The translations under genes were made by a program, and so were the position numbers. From an uncultured Flavobacteriales bacterium (GTDB lineage Bacteria > Bacteroidota > Bacteroidia > Flavobacteriales > BACL11), in contig CAJQIZ010000014.1 in the NCBI GenBank assembly GCA_905478555.1, positions 741 to 64,740 on the forward strand: a stretch of DNA of 64,000 bases. Direction: 5' to 3'. This document shows, piece by piece, positions 59,120 through 64,000 of the stretch. The notes under the pieces were generated by a model. That model saw only the letters and a program-made list of their open reading frames with translations. It ran no database searches and had not been told where the DNA came from. The number at the start of each line of letters is the position of its first letter. The stretch's first letter is position 1.

Positions 59120-59800
59120 ATGAATAAAACAAAAAAACAATTAATCATATCTATTGGTACAGGCAGAAGTGGTAGCGTTTCTCTTTCTAAATTTCTATCT
59201 CACCAAAAAAACATGAGAGTTCTTCATGAAGGTAGAATTGATGAGAAAAATATTAGAAAACTGATAAAATGGGATGATGATGATGATGAATTATTCGCAT
59301 GGTTAGATTATTTATACGAATATAATCATGAGGATAGTTTTATTGGAGATACTGGAATGTATTACCTTCCATATATTTCTAAAATTATCGATAAATATCC
59401 AGAAGTAAAAGTAATTGGAATAATTAGAAAGAAAGAGGAAGTTGTAAATAGTTTCTTAAATAAAACTGAAGGTAGGAACCACTGGTGTAATCATAATGGA
59501 GAAAATTGGAAAATAGATAAAAAATGGGATCCTTGTTTTCCAAAATATAATGACTCTAACAAAAAAAAAACAATTGAACTATATTGGGAAGAATATAAAA
59601 AAGAAACTGAGAAGTTAGAGCTTAAATACCCAAGAAATGTAAAAATATGGACACTAGAAGATTTCAATAGAGTTAGTGGGAAAAATAAAATATTAGATTT
59701 TATTAATTATAAAATGCCAAGAGATACTAGCAGTAATTTTAAGTTAAATCAAATCGAGAAGGAAACCTTCCTTCAAAAACTAAAAAAAAGATGGTTTTAA
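59120..59800 (+). CDS. Sulfotransferase-like protein (second, divergent copy)
   Basis: ISIGTGRSGSVSLSKFL (GRSGS = 59162-59176) and GIIRKKEEVVNSFL resemble the PAPS 5'-PSB and 3'-PB motifs. Contains a (GAT)5 run and an A10 tract. Confidence 0.5.
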   Translation: MNKTKKQLIISIGTGRSGSVSLSKFLSHQKNMRVLHEGRIDEKNIRKLIKWDDDDDELFAWLDYLYEYNHEDSFIGDTGMYYLPYISKIIDKYPEVKVIGIIRKKEEVVNSFLNKTEGRNHWCNHNGENWKIDKKWDPCFPKYNDSNKKKTIELYWEEYKKETEKLELKYPRNVKIWTLEDFNRVSGKNKILDFINYKMPRDTSSNFKLNQIEKETFLQKLKKRWF

Positions 59801-60681
59801 GTATTATTGTGTGTACATATAATCGTGAGAATTTTGTGAAACTCTGTTTAGAATCAATAATAAAACAAGTAATCTCCAATGATGAAAAGAAAATTGAGAT
59901 CATTCTTATTGACAACAATAGTTCAGACAATACAAATCAAATTATTAAAGAAATAAACAGCTCATTTTCTATCACTTACTATATAGAAAAGAATCAAGGA
60001 ATAAGTTTCTCAAGAAACAAAGGTATTGAACTATCTAATGGAGAATTTATTGCTTTTGTTGATGATGATGCCGTGATTAATGATGGTTGGCTTGATGTTC
60101 TAATAAATGCTACAGAGACTATATCTGCAGTCGGTTTTGGGGGACCAATATACCCAAGATTTGAATTTGAATGTCCAAAATGGATAGATCAATCTTATTT
60201 TGTTAGAAGTTATAGAAAAACAAATGGATTTATAAATAGTATAAGTTCTAGGACTGGGTTTGCAGGTGGCAATATGTGTATTCATAAATCCGTATTTGAG
60301 AAAGTAGGTGTTTTTAACACATCACTAGGAATGAAGGGAAACTCTCTTGGACTTGGTGAAGAACCAGAGTTTTTTTACAGAGTTTTTAAATTTTATAAAG
60401 AAAAAAAACTGTATAATTTAAATGGCATGTCAATAACTCATTTTGAATCAAAACAGAAAACAGAAAAAAAATACTTAAAAGAAAGAATATTACTCAGTGG
60501 ACTACAATTTTCTTTCAAAAAAATAAAAGAACATGGGGTTCTTGGTTTTTTAATAATTCTACTCAAAGTTCTAAAGCAATCTATTGATCTTATTATCTTT
60601 TTCTTTCTTAATAATAAGTTTAGGTATCTAAAAAGTTTATGGACAATAAAAGGTTTAATAAAAGGGATAATTACTCCTTAA
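59791..60681 (+). CDS. Glycosyltransferase family 2
   Basis: SIIVCTYNR, IDNNSSDNT, FVDDDA (DxD), C-terminal membrane-associated helix. Confidence 0.85.
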   Translation: MVLSIIVCTYNRENFVKLCLESIIKQVISNDEKKIEIILIDNNSSDNTNQIIKEINSSFSITYYIEKNQGISFSRNKGIELSNGEFIAFVDDDAVINDGWLDVLINATETISAVGFGGPIYPRFEFECPKWIDQSYFVRSYRKTNGFINSISSRTGFAGGNMCIHKSVFEKVGVFNTSLGMKGNSLGLGEEPEFFYRVFKFYKEKKLYNLNGMSITHFESKQKTEKKYLKERILLSGLQFSFKKIKEHGVLGFLIILLKVLKQSIDLIIFFFLNNKFRYLKSLWTIKGLIKGIITP

Positions 60682-60848
60682 ATATTCGTTTTACAACAGC
60701 ACCTTCATAAAAAAATAAAACAAAGGAATATTATTTATTTTCGTAGTCTCTCTAACCAAAACATCTACTATTCAAAGGAGATTTATTTCTCCATTTAACT
60801 CATCCAGTAAATTGAAAATACAAACAAAATAAATGAAATATAAAGAAA

Positions 60849-62381
60849 TTAGTATCTTAATTTCTTTCTGACATAATTATGCCAAACTTCAAATACAAAC
60901 TTATTGACATCCTCTGAAATTTTAAAAATCAACATTAAAGGAATATATAGAGCAAATAACAGTAAAAACCTTAAGACAAGACTATAAAGTACATTCTCTG
61001 GAAATGAAATATAAGAAATAAATAAATACACTATACTAATCAGAATAATGGATTTTAAGGTATTAAAAGTGAAAGGCTGAATTTTCATCTTCCGATATAT
61101 AAATATCATTTTAATAATATTAAAAATAAGAATAGAAAGTGCCGTAGCAAATGCAGCTCCATTTATTCCTACAATATCATAATTAGCCAAAGGACTTGTT
61201 TCTAGAATAAAAATCCAGTTAGCATATAAAGTGATACATAGTAAAAGAAAGTTAGCATATAAATCGAATTTATAGTGTTTGGAATTTACAATAATCACTC
61301 CATTTACCCCTGTCATAACATTAAATAATTGAGACAAAGCAATAAATAATACCACCAACTTTCCTCCTTGAAATTTAAGAGGCAGTAAACTTAATCCATC
61401 ATCAATATTTAACCATACTCCCAAAAATATTAAACCTCCAAAAAGAAGTTGGTTAATAGAAGATTTGATGTAAATCTCTTTTATCTCTTTAATATTATTC
61501 TTTTCCCACGCTTTAGCTATTAAAGGAGTAGCAATTGATCCAATAGCCCTTGCTGGAACTCTAATAACATTTCCTATAAAAAATGCTACTGTATAAAAAG
61601 CAACTTCTTTGTAACCAATTAATTTTCCAATCATCATTATATCTACTTTAGAAACCAAAATTGCAGAAGCCCCTCCTGCCAATACATACAATCCGAATAA
61701 AAGGAGTTTTTTACTTTCAATCTCGTCAAATTTAAAGTCAATTTTATAATTAAATTTCCTAAAAATAGTAATTGACAAAATTATAATCATTACCAAATAC
61801 AAAGAAATATACATATTAAGAAAGGTTTGAAAATTTATATAATTATACCAATGTAAAAATAACAATAAAATATTCATTCCCTTCAAGAAAAATTCTCTTA
61901 AAAAAATAGGAATAGTAGCATTTAAAAGAGACCTAGAAAGAGAAGAAAGGACCTCAAAAAAGGAAAGAAAGGCAACCATAAAAAATACTAAATGAAAATT
62001 TAGTTTTAATAAATTGTAGGATCTCAGTTCCGATATCTCTGTTGAAGCAGGTTTTAAAAACTCTAGAAAACTTTCTTTAAAAAGACAATAAAACAACAAA
62101 ACTAATAAAAAACCAATTACAGGAATCAGAAAGGACAAAGTAATAAGTTGATTTTTATTTTTTACTTTCGGAAAAAAACGAATTAATGTTTTTGGAGCTC
62201 CTAAAAAAGAAAAAGTAGAAATGACTATAGAATAAGCTACAATAATCTGAAGTAATCCCAAATGTTCTGGATATTCATTAAAAGCATTTGGATATAAAAT
62301 AATAGTAGAAACAGTACCAAACATTAAACCTATATAAAAATAGATTGAATTCTTAACACTCTGTTTTCTTACAATTCCCAT
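60849..62381 (-). CDS. Polysaccharide/oligosaccharide flippase (MOP superfamily, Wzx-like)
   Basis: 510 aa with about 14 hydrophobic helices, in a glycosyltransferase context. Confidence 0.7.
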   Translation of the reverse strand: MGIVRKQSVKNSIYFYIGLMFGTVSTIILYPNAFNEYPEHLGLLQIIVAYSIVISTFSFLGAPKTLIRFFPKVKNKNQLITLSFLIPVIGFLLVLLFYCLFKESFLEFLKPASTEISELRSYNLLKLNFHLVFFMVAFLSFFEVLSSLSRSLLNATIPIFLREFFLKGMNILLLFLHWYNYINFQTFLNMYISLYLVMIIILSITIFRKFNYKIDFKFDEIESKKLLLFGLYVLAGGASAILVSKVDIMMIGKLIGYKEVAFYTVAFFIGNVIRVPARAIGSIATPLIAKAWEKNNIKEIKEIYIKSSINQLLFGGLIFLGVWLNIDDGLSLLPLKFQGGKLVVLFIALSQLFNVMTGVNGVIIVNSKHYKFDLYANFLLLCITLYANWIFILETSPLANYDIVGINGAAFATALSILIFNIIKMIFIYRKMKIQPFTFNTLKSIILISIVYLFISYISFPENVLYSLVLRFLLLFALYIPLMLIFKISEDVNKFVFEVWHNYVRKKLRY

Positions 62382-63652
62382 TACATTTTATTTAATAAAA
62401 CTGATAATTGCTTTGTTAATTTTTTTCTGGTAAAATTATTTATCTCATCAGAAGCAACAAACTCCTCTTTATTTTCGAATAACGAAATTATATTCTCTCT
62501 CAAATTTACATCTTCATAATAATGGTAATTACCACTTTCGGTTTTTTCCATTAATTTTTGAGTATCGCTTTCTTTTGGTCCGAATCCCAAAATAGGTCTT
62601 TTTGCAGCAAAATACTCAAATATTTTTCCTGGATAATTACCAATACCACTTTCGGAATTGAAAAGCAATAACAACAAAACAGAAGATTCATTGTATTCTC
62701 TTAACACTTCTTTATGACTAAGATAACCTAATACTTTAACTTTATTTTTTAGATGAAAATATTGAGTGATATTTTGTAATACTTCCGTATCAATATTTCC
62801 TGAAAGTCGGATCTCTAACTTCATATTAAAGTCTGGATTTTCATCACATAAATCATGCAATGTCTTCCATAAATTTTTCGGATTCCTGAGGTGATTCAGA
62901 AGTCCAAAATGACCAATAATAAATTTATCATTTTCTCTTTCCCTTACTTCAAAATCATCTACATCAAAACCATTAGTAATTAATTTTACATTGTTAGAAA
63001 ACAGTCTTTTAAAAGATTCAACCCAAGTTTCGCTTACGGTTAAAGTTACATCCGCATTTTGTAGAACCTCCTTCTCTAATTTCCTGTATTTTTGTTTTGA
63101 TTTTTTAGTTAAATGGAACTCATTTAACAAATCTAATTCCGACCAAGGATCTCTAAAATCTGCTACCCATTTTAAGTCCGGATTTTGTTTTTTTAATCCT
63201 AAAGCAATTAAGTGCATGGAGTGCGGGGGACCAGTAGAAACAATATGAGTTATCCCCTCTTCTTTTATCTTCTTATTTAATAATTTTATGGATGGTTTTA
63301 CCCAAAAAACTTTTGGGTCTGGAATAAAAACATTCCCTCTAACCCAATTCATTATCTTGTTTTTTGTAGAGGATTTGTACTGAATTATTCCTGCATTAGA
63401 ACTTTCTGATTTTCCGAATAATTTTTCTTTAAGAGTGTAAGGCTCCCAAATTGGAGTTTTCCAAACTTCAGTTTCTATATGGATATCCTTAAATAAATCC
63501 TCATCCTTTATTTCGAAAGATGGAGAGTCAGGAGTGAAAATATAAGGTTTCCATCCATTTTCAGGTAAATATTTTGAAAATTTTAACCACCTCTGCACAC
63601 CAGACCCCCCAGCTGGAGGCCAATAATATGTAATGATTAAAACCTTTTTCAT
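62381..63652 (-). CDS. Glycosyltransferase family 4 (group 1)
   Basis: MKKVLIITYYWPPAGGSGVQRW N-terminus and a C-terminal GT-B half with FEYFAAKRPILG. Confidence 0.75.
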   Translation of the reverse strand: MKKVLIITYYWPPAGGSGVQRWLKFSKYLPENGWKPYIFTPDSPSFEIKDEDLFKDIHIETEVWKTPIWEPYTLKEKLFGKSESSNAGIIQYKSSTKNKIMNWVRGNVFIPDPKVFWVKPSIKLLNKKIKEEGITHIVSTGPPHSMHLIALGLKKQNPDLKWVADFRDPWSELDLLNEFHLTKKSKQKYRKLEKEVLQNADVTLTVSETWVESFKRLFSNNVKLITNGFDVDDFEVRERENDKFIIGHFGLLNHLRNPKNLWKTLHDLCDENPDFNMKLEIRLSGNIDTEVLQNITQYFHLKNKVKVLGYLSHKEVLREYNESSVLLLLLFNSESGIGNYPGKIFEYFAAKRPILGFGPKESDTQKLMEKTESGNYHYYEDVNLRENIISLFENKEEFVASDEINNFTRKKLTKQLSVLLNKM

Positions 63653-63656
63653 GCTT

Positions 63657-64000
63657 TTACTTTAATTCTTTATAAGATACAAATCCTAAAAGCAGTAAAA
63701 GTAAAATAGAACTAGCATAAGCAACCGTTTCTCCAGTAGAATAAGAAGATGGTTCAAACTTAAATTCTATTTTCGTAGTTCCTTCAGGAACCATCATAGA
63801 TCTCAACACATAATTAGCTCGGAAATGTGGTACAATCTTTCCATCAATGTACGCATTCCAACCTTTTTCATAATAAATTTCTGAAAAGACAACTAATTGA
63901 TTAGAGGTGATATTTGTAAGACTATAAGTTAAATGATTTGGTTGATATTGCTTCTGATTTAATTTAATAGTCGCATCCGGATTTAAAGTAAAATCTGTAA
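63657..64000 (-). CDS. YfhO-family membrane protein, C-terminal part (gene continues beyond the window end)
   Basis: Own translation of the minus strand: ...LVVFSEIYYEKGWNAYIDGKIVPHFRANYVLRSMMVPEGTTKIEFKFEPSSY...LLLLLLGFVSYKELK-stop (TAA at 63657-63659). The Y..GW.A.IDGK....RAN..LR...VP.G...IEF.F pattern is the YfhO C-terminus. Confidence 0.6.
   Translation of the reverse strand, partial: TDFTLNPDATIKLNQKQYQPNHLTYSLTNITSNQLVVFSEIYYEKGWNAYIDGKIVPHFRANYVLRSMMVPEGTTKIEFKFEPSSYSTGETVAYASSILLLLLLGFVSYKELK

Noticed and set aside
59273-59287. (GAT)5 trinucleotide repeat in the second sulfotransferase-like gene
   Set aside because: The repeat is in frame (encodes DDDDD). Unit changes would add or remove Asp residues and would not switch the gene off, so it is not a convincing contingency locus.
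1-64000. Scan for CRISPR arrays, rRNA/tRNA genes, IS elements, integrases, prophage or defence-system genes
   Set aside because: No regularly spaced direct repeats, no RNA-gene signatures and no transposase, integrase or phage-like ORFs in the six-frame track. All long ORFs are accounted for by the calls above.

Overview
AT-rich (roughly 30% GC by eye), gene-dense chromosomal segment that looks like a Flavobacteriia/Bacteroidota genome. The taxonomic call rests on T9SS type A and type B C-terminal sorting domains, TAnnTTTG -7 promoter boxes in front of many genes, no obvious Shine-Dalgarno sequences, a bTHX ribosomal protein and DUF3822-rsmD-coaD synteny. About 60 protein genes are present, mostly housekeeping: mtaB, lgt, recR, def, a moxR/PPIase operon, guaB, glyA, relA/spoT, fur, purA, queE, ftcD, rlmF, recQ, fmt, trmH, pdxH, rsmD, coaD, rdgB, rlmH, nadC and galE. 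I recognised no rRNA, tRNA, CRISPR array, transposase, integrase or phage gene. I did not find a clear multi-gene novel system such as a defence island. The items most worth a second look are: (1) a 1063-codon ORF (54169-57360) that fuses a complete M1 zinc-peptidase core to a C-terminal Omp85/BamA-like beta-barrel, a type Vd-like architecture with an unusual passenger; (2) two tandem sulfotransferase-like genes inside a surface-polysaccharide locus (57360-64000), one carrying an A10 tract; (3) a T9SS-exported thioredoxin-fold protein directly upstream of a Cys-rich 1134-aa T9SS type B adhesin-like protein; (4) three decayed genes in the first 8 kb (frameshifted PKD/type-B mini-gene, a 222-codon frame with two in-frame TAA stops, a frameshifted 2-oxoacid dehydrogenase E2 gene); (5) several genes whose -7 promoter box ends only 4-8 nt before the start codon, which is leaderless-type geometry. 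All family calls come from motif recognition by eye on the supplied translations. None has been checked by a database search.
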